Source: Owenia fusiformis
Taxonomy: Eukaryota
Direction of reading: 5' to 3'
Assembly (NCBI GenBank): GCA_903813345.2
Contig: CAIIXF020000001.1
Location: 31,744,001-31,808,000, forward strand
Length of the DNA: 64,000 bases
The notes below the pieces were generated by a model, which did no database searches, was not told where the DNA came from, and saw only the letters and a program-made list of their open reading frames with translations. Made by a program: the position numbers and the translations under genes. Shown here piece by piece: positions 44,501 through 54,300 of this stretch. How positions within the stretch are numbered: the first letter of the stretch is position 1; every line of letters starts with the position of its first letter.

Positions 44501-47500
44501 AAAATGAAAGAGAAATATGTAGAAATTAGTGGCATGGTAGAATAAGTAAGCTGAATAATTAATTTGAAAATTCTAAATATAGGTTGTCTAATTAATTATG
44601 CAATATGAAAGGGTCAGCAAAAGAGAGAGCAAATTAAGTTTAATTCTGTTGAAATCTGGATATCTGATATCTGGATATCGATTTAAAGTTATACCATTTC
44701 TTTTTAATTTGATGATAGATCATCGTTTTTCATGTGAAAGTCGTGTTAAAGGACAACTGAAATAGCTTTTCTCAACTTGCAGCTACAAAAATGCGGTTTT
44801 CTTCATTGTACGCCCAACGTAGAGTTCTTGCGATAGCCATTATAAAATAAATGTTAGATAACTGCTAACGGTCATAGATAACGAAATAAAACTAACTGAT
44901 CAATCAAATTGGCCCCCACATGATTAGTAACGTCATAAACAAAATATAGCTTTGGTTTATTGGTTCCTTAGTTATCACAACGTCACGGCAACCATAGGAT
45001 TGTTGTGTAAACAAATAACAAAACATTTTGGCATTATGACGTCATGATCTAATGGACCAAAACGGGCCACATGGGGGCCAGTGAGAGATCACGTGGGGGC
45101 CAAGAACGTCACAACCAATTCGAATATTGCTTATTAAGCAGCTATAACGATCGATAGAGTGAAATAATTTTCACACTACTGATGAGAAAACATGTCCAAA
45201 TACATTTATCAAAAAATCAAATTGATTCCCTTAGGTTAAAAATACCATTTCATATCTGCTTTAATGGCAAGTAACGTTAAAAGGAAACGAGAAATGTGAT
45301 GATCATTTGACGTGCGCAGAAATTCTGTGCAGAAACTCCATGTATCTTGGTAAAATGCTGATCAAAATTCTTAAACGTGAACATTTCCTTCATTCATTAT
45401 GGACTATTTTGAGATAATACTAGTTTAGTATGATGTATGAAGCACCCAAGGATAGATATTTATTGGGAGGATGCATCGAATTACAAAATGCGTCACATTT
45501 ACAGCAGTTTAGTGTAAGTATCGCCCACTTTGGAAATTTGATTTTTTCTGATAAATCCGTTAATACTTGGACATTTCTCAATATTACTTGAACTTTGTGA
45601 AGCGGGTGGGAGCTTATTAGAGAGTGGTCGCTTATTAGAGAGAATATGGTACATTCATACAGTATATATGTACAGTACATAAGTAAACTGAGAGAGTGAA
45701 ACTATTAACCTACTTGCTAACAGGTTGTGAGTGTGCCTGGAATGTGTGTGTAAGTCTGAATCCTCCAGTCCTAGTAAGGTGACCTGGGGGTGCCTTCACT
45801 TGGGACAGGTAGGGGTTAACTCCAGTATCAGGTGGAAACTCTGTATCCTAAAAGTATGAAAAATGGGGATATTTAAATCATTTGGCAAGTGCAATGTTTG
45901 TATTATGATTCAGGAGTGCTTTAAATGTATTAATTGCAAGATTTTGCAGAAAAACATGTAAGGGTACTTAGTCTTATCATAAATAAAGAACTTAATGAAG
46001 ACTCACATCAGGGTGTCTTGGCATAGGTTGTTGGGTTACATCTTTCTGACTTTCAAGCATTGCTTTCTGTCTGCTTTCATATATAGACCTCTGGGTAGGA
46101 CCTCTCCCTTCCTCATCCAGCAGCTCATATCTTCCCTTTTGGCACATCCTGGTGGTAGATGCATTCAAAGCTACAAGTATAACATGGCAATTAAGTAAAG
46201 TAGACCATGTGAATAGTATTATTAAAACCCTGGGCACTAATAAACCAACTTGACCATCTCATGAAATAATATTAAACTTCACAAAAATCAAAGGATACAG
46301 AAATGACAAAACAATCCTAAATTGATATCAACTGGTCTCACACCATGATAAACAAAGTAAAAATCCATATCAACATCCCTTTAGCATCTTAAAACAATAT
46401 TATATGTCAACGTTTGGGTCAACAGAGAAAACCAAAACCAAGAGATTCTAACCATTATGTGTGATGATTATTCAGATGATCTGAATGATAATAATACTAC
46501 CCCCCCCTACCTCCTGATGTGTAGTTTGCTGAGTCTCCCATGGTCTTCAATGTGTTTTGAAGCCCAGACACCTGACCTACTGCCCTGTCTCTCTCTAGCT
46601 TTGTAAGCATCTTCTCCTTCATGGCTGCTTCATACTTCACTTTAAGTTGTTTTAGAGTTGGCTCATATGCAGCATAATGTTTCTTTAGTCTGGAATAAAT
46701 TGTAAGAGTACATTTTCAGATGAATTGTGAATGACAAATATATTGTATATAAGAGAGGGTTCCAGTCAGTTTTAAGGTCCATATGTCAAAACATTACACC
46801 AGTAGACAGGTATATGTGGTCGCCGGGTTGGCCTAGTGGTTAAGGCATTGGTCTGAAAAGCAGGAAGTCTGGCTTCAGGCTGAAAAGTAGAGGTCTTGGG
46901 TTCAAACCCAGGTCACAGCACTTCTTGTGATTTGTCTTTGACCTATGACTGCTGACCTGTACCGGCGATTACTAGAGTACTGCTAACTCGATAAAAGGCT
47001 GGCGCTGGCTAGAATTGTCTATGGTTCTAGCCAGGATAAAGATACCAGTTCTTCAACTCGACAATGGGAAGAACTGCTCAACCTTAGTGACTAATATGTC
47101 ATTATATGACATCTAAAGAGTCAATAAAAGATATATATATATATGTATTATAATGGCTTTCATTTAAGAGTATGTTTGTGTGCTGATCTTCCTTACAGAA
47201 TGTAAGAATCATGGAATCCTTTTTCATTTGCTTCATTTAGAAGTTTTTTTACTTCTAGTGTATATGTATAGAGTTTGCCTCTACACTCCACACTTCACTC
47301 TGGACCAATAGAATGGCTTAATTACTAGCAAATCAGCAGAGCTTACATCACATGATAAATGCTTCATGTCCAGGCATCCAGTTTGTATTACATATATGAA
47401 CATGCCATAATGATTCAGACCATTTAACTTATCACAAGTATACAGATGTTTCTCTACCTTTTAATGTCTGTGATGAGTTTATTTTTCTCCTGAACCACTC

Positions 47501-50500
47501 GTTTGTGATGCATCCTGTGGTAGTCCCTCTCTTTCCTCAGCTTTACATATGTATCCTTGGCTTTCCTGGAAACAATGATATGTAATCAAAGGAACAGACA
47601 ATAAAGCAAAAGGTAGGAAAACCTGTGAGTCATTCTTCATTATCACATTATGTTATGAGATGGTCTTATACAACATATTAGCCCACATAGGGAATAAATT
47701 ATTTGAGGAAGTTAAAATAGGTATTTTGATATAAAATATTGTGCCCTATCATGTTTGATTCTCTCTATTCTCCTTTCAATACAAAATAAATGCCCAGTGG
47801 GGATATTAGGGAGAAATTCTTGTAGTAACTTACTACTGATATAACTTACATGGCTGCATCTCTGAATTTGTCAACATCTTGACGTAAATATTTGACTTGT
47901 GTGTCAAGTTGCTGATTTCGTGTGTAGATATCTGGTACAACACCTACATCTTCTTCTTTCAACTGGCCCTTTTGTTGTAGTTCATACCTGTACACAAAAT
48001 TTATTGTTAGTATCAGAGTCAGAAACTGCATCTTGGAGGTCAAACAGAGGTACACTGTACACGACTGAGCATACCATATCTACCAAATGTATTCTTTTGA
48101 TTATGAAAAACAATGTTGACATTATAAGTTATTCAATTGATTACTCAATTAAAACTCCCCTAAATCAAGTCCATTTCCTTGGCTTGGGACCGGTGAAACA
48201 GATCAACTTTCTCACCTCAAATATATTTTACATCGAAATCCCTTCAAAGTCTTTTCGGCCTTGTTGTTTGCTTTTATTGTATTATAAGTTTGATTTCATT
48301 TATTTTTTCTTCAATTTCATCAGCTGGAAGTGCAGTGTAGCGAAACGTTTTTTCGACTTTCGTCTGCCATATTGGATTTTTACTAGTTCATGAAAACAAT
48401 GTTCATGCTTCATATTGATTTTTTGTTATATTTTGTTATGTTTACCGATGCGTGTTTTATCCTAAAATTATAAAGTTTGATGATCACCGTATCATTTCCT
48501 GATATTCAAATCAGATATTTGTAGCAAAATGCAAATATTAGCATGCGTTGATTTTTTCAGTAATAGTCATATCCTTGATGGAAATGTTGGGCGTTGGGAT
48601 ACTGGACCGTATCCCAACGCTGACGTCATGTTCACTCTGTATCCAACGCTCAGTGGAATTTGCGTGTAAATACAGGATATATTTAAGTCACGTGGACCAA
48701 TCAGATTGCAAGGAATTTTACCATCATGGAATAAAAATGTATATTGATTTGATAAATTGTACACTTCCCCTGAGAGCTTTGACTTTGGTTCAATGTTGAA
48801 CTCTACACACAGTGTTAAAGAGTAAATGGAACATAACAAATAAATATATGATATTGTCATAAAAGAATGGGACTAAAGACAAGATACGATGTGAAAGGTG
48901 TACTCAACTATGCATTTTGCACTGATTTATAATAATTCATATTGTTGGTTTTGCAAGTCCAAAGCTATTAAATGCAGATTAGGCCTACCGTATTATGATT
49001 TAATTAACACCAAATTGAACATGTGAGGAAATGTCTGTTATACATAAATTATGCATTACATTATCTTACCATTCTGTTTGAAAACAATCAAGAGTTCGAC
49101 CCATGCCCATTTTCACCAAGAAATTCCTGACAAAATCATCAATTACTTCTGGTCTAGCAGTAACAGGTGCCTTCTCCTTCCCATCTTTTTGGAGCTGAAA
49201 GATATTTTAACATTGTACAGCTTTACAGTATGTTTATAATCATAATGATATGAATTAGTGATTGATCAATGAAGTTTCTCAGATGGTACATTATGTACAT
49301 GTACATGTATATTGATATTTGTTGGATAGAGTAAATTGGTGAGGTTACATAATTTCAGGTACAAATAACAGGGGCGTAGCCAGCTTTCAGTCAGGGGGGT
49401 GTGATCACCAAAAGATTTCAGTTTTCATTCGGGGGGTTGAATTTTACAAAAAATTGATGCAACTTCCTTCAAAATTGAGCTAGAAGCTTCAAATAAAAAT
49501 GATGGATGCAGTCGCACCCATCGCACCCCCCTGGCTATGACTATGAATAATATAACATATAAATGAGGATTGCATATGAATCAATTATGTTTAAGTAAAA
49601 AATCATCTACAGAGAAAAACATTCTTAATATTAAACTAAATTAATTATATTGAAATTTTAATTTGAGTGCAGAGAAAATAGAAAGAATAAAATTCATTTC
49701 TGGTGAGAAAATTATATTCATACAGTGTACATTATATGAATACTCACACTTGCTTTAATGTCTTGTTCAGCCTCCTGGATGGTCCTTACAGCAATATCCA
49801 AATCTTCATCAAAATCTGAAACAGATGTAGTTGTGCATAGAATGCCCATGGTTACTTGGTAACTCCATTTACCAGGGTATTTAAAAAACATACCTTATTC
49901 AATGCAATACAACTGACCCAATACTTACCAGATCATTTGATATTCCAATTTGACATGTCAATGTGAAAGATTATATGATTACAGGTATATTATTTTAAAA
50001 GGTATTTTATAAATGAGGCAAATTTTTCCAATCATTTTTAATTTTATGTCATAATTTGGTTTCATAGTCACTATGTAACCAAATTATGACATGAAATTAA
50101 AAAAGAATTCTCTACTCTAACATACCTGGCTCAACAAGTTCCTCATCAACAGGTACTTCTTCATACTTAAAGTCATCATCTGAGTCATCTAAAATTTCTT
50201 CATCTTGCAAGAGTTAAGGACAATACAAAACAAAGTGTAGATTAAATATTAGACTGAGTTCATAAATTGTTGTCTTTTGTATCTTGGGTTAAATAAATTA
50301 TTTGAACAAGTAATGAATTATGATGGTCCTAACTAATGTAGTCCTGCAATAGACAAGATGCGAGTAGAAAAATCTTGATTTACGCCATTAAATATTCAAA
50401 ATTCAGTCAAAGCGATGTTTTATTTGAAATCTACATGTAAAAGTACATCTAGAAATATGGTTTGGAAAATGGTTTATCAAGTTTGAAAATTTAATTATTT

Positions 50501-53500
50501 TAGAAAGTGTGACTTCTAGTTCGGGTTGATTCTCCATAGAGCCCATGTTACAAAATCACAAAAAGTGAAATATCTTTTCTTGCATTGGTCAGATCACATT
50601 TTCATTTACTGGACATATTTTGATTTGCATAACTATTATATACGAGGGTTGTCCCAGAAGTAATGCACTATATGGTCTAACTTTCTTTAGTATACTTCAA
50701 TTCAGCTGAAATTTTGTGTATATAACAATTGAAGTTTTATCTATAATATCCTGAAGTTTCAGCATCAAGCGTTTGTATTAAGTCTTAATATGGTTGCTAT
50801 AGCAACATGGGGGTAGGGGTGGGCGGGGCAGGTACCAATTTTTCTAATTATGGAAGTGTTTCAAAGTGTTATTTAATTATTATTTCTTTCTTTTAAATGA
50901 TCAAAATGTTTGGGAAATTGTTGAATTTATTTAGCATGATGTTAACCAAGTACAAATAATTACATTTAGCACTGTGATGTCGTAATACCACAGTTCAATG
51001 GTCACAAATTCAAATACAGTCACGGTCAAGAAATTGCAAAAATGGTTACAATTCTCACCTGATTACAGAAGGCCTCGCGTTTGGTGGCCTAATTTCAAAC
51101 TTTACTTGGACTCAAAGCCACACAAAACTTATGTTACCATGAAAAGATTATATAAGGAGTATATACCAGATAGAACTACATTTATGAGGTGGCAGAAGAG
51201 ATTTAAAAGAGATGATTGGACCCTGGATGACAACTCCAAACATGGGAGACAAAAACTTCACAAGTCACAGTGGAAGAAATTACCAAGAGTGTTTGACCTG
51301 ACAGGCATCAAAAGTACATAACATGCAAAGGGCAATATTTTGAGAAAATGTGAAATGGGACACTGTGCAATATACATCAATTAAATCTGGGATATACTCA
51401 TAGTAATTTAGTATCTTATAATGTATTTTTGAGCCAACTTCTTATAGCTACACAAAATGGTATTTGTTGATTAATTATTTCATATTTTCAATTTTTTATT
51501 CCTTTTGACGTGACTGTATCACCTGCCCCACCCTACCCAAACACACCAACTTGATTTTATTATAACATCAATATAGTTTTATCAGTCAACATGAAAATTT
51601 GTAGAATAATCAAAATGTCTCTAAGGAACATTTACTGAAAATTTCATGGAAAAATATCAATTATTGATAAAGTTGGAGCATATAGTGCATTACTTCTGGG
51701 ACAACCCTCGTACATAAGGGTTATATGAAATTTGAACAACTAAAACAGATGTAATTTAAATTTAAGGGAACTTTCTATCATACCCGCCATGCTATCTGAC
51801 CCGAATGAGCCACCTGGTGGTGAAACTGGTAACTACCTACTCGCATCTGCGTTATTGCTGAAAGGTTCATAAAGGTGATGTCATTAAGAACATAAAATAT
51901 GCAATGAATTAGGTATTTTCATTTTAGTGGGCATGACAATTTGTAAAGGGATATATACACAGAGCAAGGAGGTAAAACTTTAATGACATACATGTTTTTT
52001 TATTTCAATTTTGTGTAACTTGTATTTATTCATTGACACCTTATTGTTCATTATTAACTCCAAGTTGAAGTTACCCTCCAGTGACACATACATGCAGGCA
52101 AAAGGAGGTTATGCTGAGACTAGACAGTGATGTGCAGGCTCCTATGAGATTTGGAGATTTGAATTACGTCAGAGCTGGTGCAGCTGCTATATAAATTTTG
52201 AGAAAGAAAAGTTGAAAAATTTTGAATGCACTCAGTTGATTTTAATCGTTTACTTAGAATCACTGAGTATTATGTGTTATTCTTTATTCTGAATCAATTC
52301 ATTTATAAGACCAGGAAATCATGTCTATAGCCAGAAAAATGTTATTTATTTATTCTCTATAAATTGCGGTGTACCTTTAAGGTAAGTGGCTCTGAGAAAA
52401 AATCTAAATCTAGAGTATTGAACAAGACTTATTTTTGAATTCTGGCTTTGTATAAAAAACCTCCTACCTCATACCCACCAACCCACCTATGTGGAACATG
52501 ATACAGTCATTGAAGGGTTCAATTTTAAAGATCTTTAAACCTCAAAATAGCTCTTTATTAACATTTCTACAATTCAGGCTTTATTTGATGACTAGATGGA
52601 TGACAGATCCATAAATAAAGGCATATGGCTGCATTGTAATGTGAAATGACCTGAGGGTGCCCCAGGGGAATAACTACATTGAAACTAACGACTGCGAGCA
52701 TAGGGCCAACCAGCCAGATAAAGAAATTGAAAGAAAGTGTGCTAAATTCAATGTCCCGAGTGGGAATCAAACCCAGCTGAGCTGTAGTAGCAACTTGCTA
52801 TCAAAGGTCATTACAAATGCATCTATAATTCATCATAAACTAAGATTTAATTAACTAAAATCTTTAAAATTGAAACCTTCAAAGACTGTATCATGTCCAA
52901 CGTACGTGGGTAGGTGGGTATGAGGTAGGAGGTTTTTTATACAAACCCTGAAAATTCTTTACATACATGTAGGAGCACAGAGATCTATGTTAGATTTTCC
53001 AGTCCCTACTGTTACAGGTACATCTGTGCACCTATGCTGAAACATGAATTTTACTTTGACATAGGGATTGGGGTAACTTAAACTCTTTATCCACCTAGCC
53101 TAGATTAGACTTATTGGTATATCTATGACGCAATATAAAAATGATATTAGACATGATGGAGAGACAAAATGATTAACACGTGGCAGTTCTGAGCTGAAAA
53201 ATATTTTTTTATGCAAACTATGGGTGGTATGTTGATTTGACTAAATCATGAGTAGTGTATCTTTCTATACTTTTATGTGAAATTCATACTTAACATACAT
53301 GTAGATGGCTATAAATGCCCCCCTATTTTTCAAAATCAGGGGGGTATGTTAGGGGAGATCCATCGAACTTCCACATAAGGGGCTACTTCATCATGGGGCT
53401 ATTTCGACCACGGGACTATTTCAACATTGGCTTTTATTTCTGATTTACGTAGTGCGCCATGTATGTTTTTTGAAAATTAAAAAAATAAATCAAAATCTCC

Positions 53501-54053
53501 AACAGACGAGATCTTAATCCAAAGTGTCCACACCTGGAAATTTGAATTATCGGCAATAGTTGAAATAACCCCATGGTCGAAAGAACAACCCCATGGTCGA
53601 AGAAATCCCATGACGAAATAACCCCATACATTGAAATTCGACCAATCTCCCCTAATCTTGTCAAATCGAATACTTTCGTGAAAAATAAATCAAAAACATT
53701 CAAAAAACAGAAGATAATCTCTCAAATGTTTTTAGCAAATCTGAACACTGACCATAGACTCAGGTATCAAAGTCACTCAGTCAGTATTACATTCACTGAA
53801 CAGACTCACTGCTCAGAACTGCAATTTCAAATTATTTTGCAAAGAAATTTTTAATTTTTGTTGAAACTTGAAGGCCATCTTTTTCAGTTTAAACTAAAAT
53901 CGGCAAATGTAGAGATTAATTACGGCATGCCAACTTTGAGTAGCAAAGATTTTATTGTTTTAAAATCTTTACCTATGAATTAATGTCCTAACTAAGCGGT
54001 TAATACAAAAGGATACGCTCCAAATAAAATTTACTGTCATTTTCGTCCGCCAT
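41410..54053 (-). CDS. SPAG16: Sperm-associated antigen 16 (PF20 homolog), complete 15-exon CDS: complement(join(41410..41520,42814..43005,43158..43223,43441..43567,43840..44025,44321..44464,45714..45847,46007..46170,46511..46689,47458..47565,47850..47987,49070..49194,49748..49815,50126..50203,54017..54053))
   Basis: All introns are GT-AG, phases join in frame, and the total is 1857 nt = 618 aa + stop. Protein: acidic N-terminus (MADENDSKFYLEHEEILDDSDDDFKYEE), PEVIDDFVRNFLVKMGMGRTLDCFQTEWYEL, coiled coil (KLRKERDYHRMHHKRVVQEKNKLI), then C-terminal WD40 repeats ending SGGSDCTVRIWS*. These match vertebrate SPAG16 motifs as I recall them. Confidence 0.95.
41843..42190. mobile_element. Truncated non-autonomous element, possibly Crypton-like
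   Basis: CpG-rich block; ...GCACGAACCGAAG resembles half of a hairpin; internal direct repeat GAATAGAGCAYGGTC; no TIR or TSD. Confidence 0.4.
42195..42553. repeat. ~135-bp tandem repeat (~2.7 units) rich in TGACCTT/AAGGTCA
   Basis: GGTCAATTTGAA at 42196, 42339 and 42469. Confidence 0.8.
42558..42711. mobile_element. Short Kolobok-like MITE remnant
   Basis: TTAA|AGGGGCAACA ... TGTGCTTCT|TTAA (TTAA flanks, AG..CT termini). Confidence 0.5.
42814..43005 (-). CDS. SPAG16: SPAG16 exon 14 (GDTVASCDSYGIIKLWDVR...KMYEVASGQ)
   Basis: TTTCTAG| and CAG|GTGAAT sites; WD40. Confidence 0.95.
43158..43223 (-). CDS. SPAG16: SPAG16 exon 13 (GLCAQTFYGHMHSVNHVTFNLR)
   Basis: TTTCAG| and |GTAAGT sites. Confidence 0.95.
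43441..43567 (-). CDS. SPAG16: SPAG16 exon 12 (LRCRYTLRGHADSVNSIEFLPFSNTL...WDART)
   Basis: TTGTAG| and |GTACGT sites; WD40. Confidence 0.95.
43840..44025 (-). CDS. SPAG16: SPAG16 exon 11 (GSRLATVSGDSTAKIWD...SKVWDLN)
   Basis: TTTGCAG| and AG|GTATAC sites; WD40. Confidence 0.95.
44321..44464 (-). CDS. SPAG16: SPAG16 exon 10 (LALHPRKQILATTSDDHTWKMW...GHTDWVADCAFHP)
   Basis: TTGCAG| and |GTAAG sites; WD40. Confidence 0.95.
44700..45651. mobile_element. CpG-rich DNA-transposon remnant(s) in SPAG16 intron 9
   Basis: Right end CGCTTATTAGAGAGAATATGG|TA resembles a pogo/Tigger-type TIR; matching left TIR not found. Confidence 0.4.
45714..45847 (-). CDS. SPAG16: SPAG16 exon 9 (DTEFPPDTGVNPYL...FRLTHTFQAHSQPVS)
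   Basis: TTTTAG| and |GTAGG sites; start of the first WD40 repeat. Confidence 0.92.
46007..46170 (-). CDS. SPAG16: SPAG16 exon 8 (ALNASTTRM...MPRHPD), linker
   Basis: TTGTAG| and |GTGAGT sites; phases match both neighbouring exons. Confidence 0.88.
46511..46689 (-). CDS. SPAG16: SPAG16 exon 7 (LKKHYAAYEPTLKQLKVKYEAAMKEKMLTKLERDRAVGQV...)
   Basis: TTCCAG| and G|GTAGG sites; frame consistent. Confidence 0.93.
46821..47143 (+). mobile_element. tRNA-derived SINE, antisense in SPAG16 intron 6
   Basis: A box TGGCCTAGTGG (46829-39), B box GGTTCAAACC (46899-908), unrelated body, AATAAAAG plus (AT)n tail. Confidence 0.75.
47458..47565 (-). CDS. SPAG16: SPAG16 exon 6 (KAKDTYVKLRKERDYHRMHHKRVVQEKNKLITDIKR)
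   Basis: TTCCAG| and |GTAGAG sites; conserved coiled-coil motif. Confidence 0.94.
47850..47987 (-). CDS. SPAG16: SPAG16 exon 5 (YELQQKGQL...DKFRDAAM)
   Basis: TACAG| and |GTAAGT sites; lies within ORF 47846..48055. Confidence 0.93.
49070..49194 (-). CDS. SPAG16: SPAG16 exon 4 (LQKDGKEK...PEVIDDFVRNFLVKMGMGRTLDCFQTEW)
   Basis: TTTCAG| and |GTAAG sites; conserved SPAG16 N-terminal motif. Confidence 0.93.
49369..49545. mobile_element. MITE of the CAGGGGCGTAGCCAG...CTGGCTAYGNCYMTG type
   Basis: Imperfect 15-bp TIRs; AATAA directly flanks both ends; a related left end is at ~62278. Confidence 0.7.
49748..49815 (-). CDS. SPAG16: SPAG16 exon 3 (DFDEDLDIAVRTIQEAEQDIKAS)
   Basis: TTTCAG| acceptor, |GTGAGT donor, frame consistent. 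Confidence 0.9.
50126..50203 (-). CDS. SPAG16: SPAG16 exon 2 (HEEILDDSDDDFKYEEVPVDEELVEP)
   Basis: U12 branch site TCCTTAAC followed by AAG| acceptor; donor G|GTATG. Confidence 0.88.
50344..51860. mobile_element. Older non-autonomous TIR element interrupted by mariner copy 2
   Basis: Imperfect TIR CTGCAATAGACAAGATGCGAGTAG versus reverse complement CAGCAATAACGCAGATGCGAGTAG; TSD not resolved. Confidence 0.6.
50643..51710 (+). mobile_element. Internally deleted mariner element, copy 2, with N-terminal transposase HTH remnant (ORF 50998..51321)
   Basis: Same TIRs and TA TSD; KRLYKEYIPDRTTFMRWQKRFKRDDWTLDDNSKHGR resembles the Mos1-type HTH/GRP region; no DDD catalytic domain. Confidence 0.92.
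52442..52950. mobile_element. MITE with ~90-bp TIRs
   Basis: TTTGTATAAAAAACCTCCTACCTCATACCCACC...GATACAGTC.TTGAAGG.TTCAATTTTAAAGA is mirrored at ~52860-52950. Confidence 0.85.
53352..53652. mobile_element. MITE with GGGGAGAT TIR and subterminal repeats
   Basis: TA|GGGGAGAT...ATCTCCCC|TA; repeated ATGGGG..ATTTCGACC / GAAATAACCCCATGGTC units at both ends. Confidence 0.8.
54017..54053 (-). CDS. SPAG16: SPAG16 coding exon 1 (MADENDSKFYLE)
   Basis: AAC-ATG-G start context; ends at U12 donor C|GTATCCTTTT; FYLE-H-EEI aligns with recalled vertebrate YYLE-Q-VTI. Confidence 0.85.
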
Positions 54054-54300
54054 GTTGGTTTCCAGAACGTTGCTATGTCATGTCAAACTAATCGATAACT
54101 TTCAACGTAGGGATGAAGAAATCGTAAATATATATGTGGAATTTAGCATTTATGATTTAAATATATATAAGTATAGATGTATAATGAATTATTTTATATT
54201 AATGTCTGGTACACAAATGTAAACTCATATGAAATTGATCGATTACTTTGAAAATGGGACAACCTGCCTGACGTCACTTCCCGGGAAAATTAAAAATCTC
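54054..54300. promoter_or_regulatory. SPAG16 5' UTR/proximal promoter, possibly bidirectional
   Basis: CpG-containing; RFX half-site-like GTTGCTATG (~54069); CRE TGACGTCA overlapping CACTTCC and palindrome TTCCCGGGAA (~54269-54287). Confidence 0.55.

Larger units (their letters stand above)
50204..54016 (-). other. U12-type (minor spliceosome) GT-AG intron 1 of SPAG16
   Basis: 5' site GTATCCTTTT (54016..54007); branch site TCCTTAAC (50220..50213) ending 9 nt before exon 2; no polypyrimidine tract between branch site and AG. Confidence 0.88.

Noticed and set aside
46821..46915. tRNA gene
   Set aside because: Acceptor stem does not close, the anticodon region is duplicated, and there is no poly-T terminator; better explained as a SINE head
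47899..48393. Longest ORF (164 aa, plus strand)
   Set aside because: Antisense to SPAG16 exon 5 and runs into intron/repeat sequence; non-ATG start; no motif
48190..48790. Internal promoter in SPAG16 intron 4 (CRE, E-box, CCAAT, GCCATATTG)
   Set aside because: More likely a CpG-rich transposon fragment; I could define neither its termini nor a linked exon
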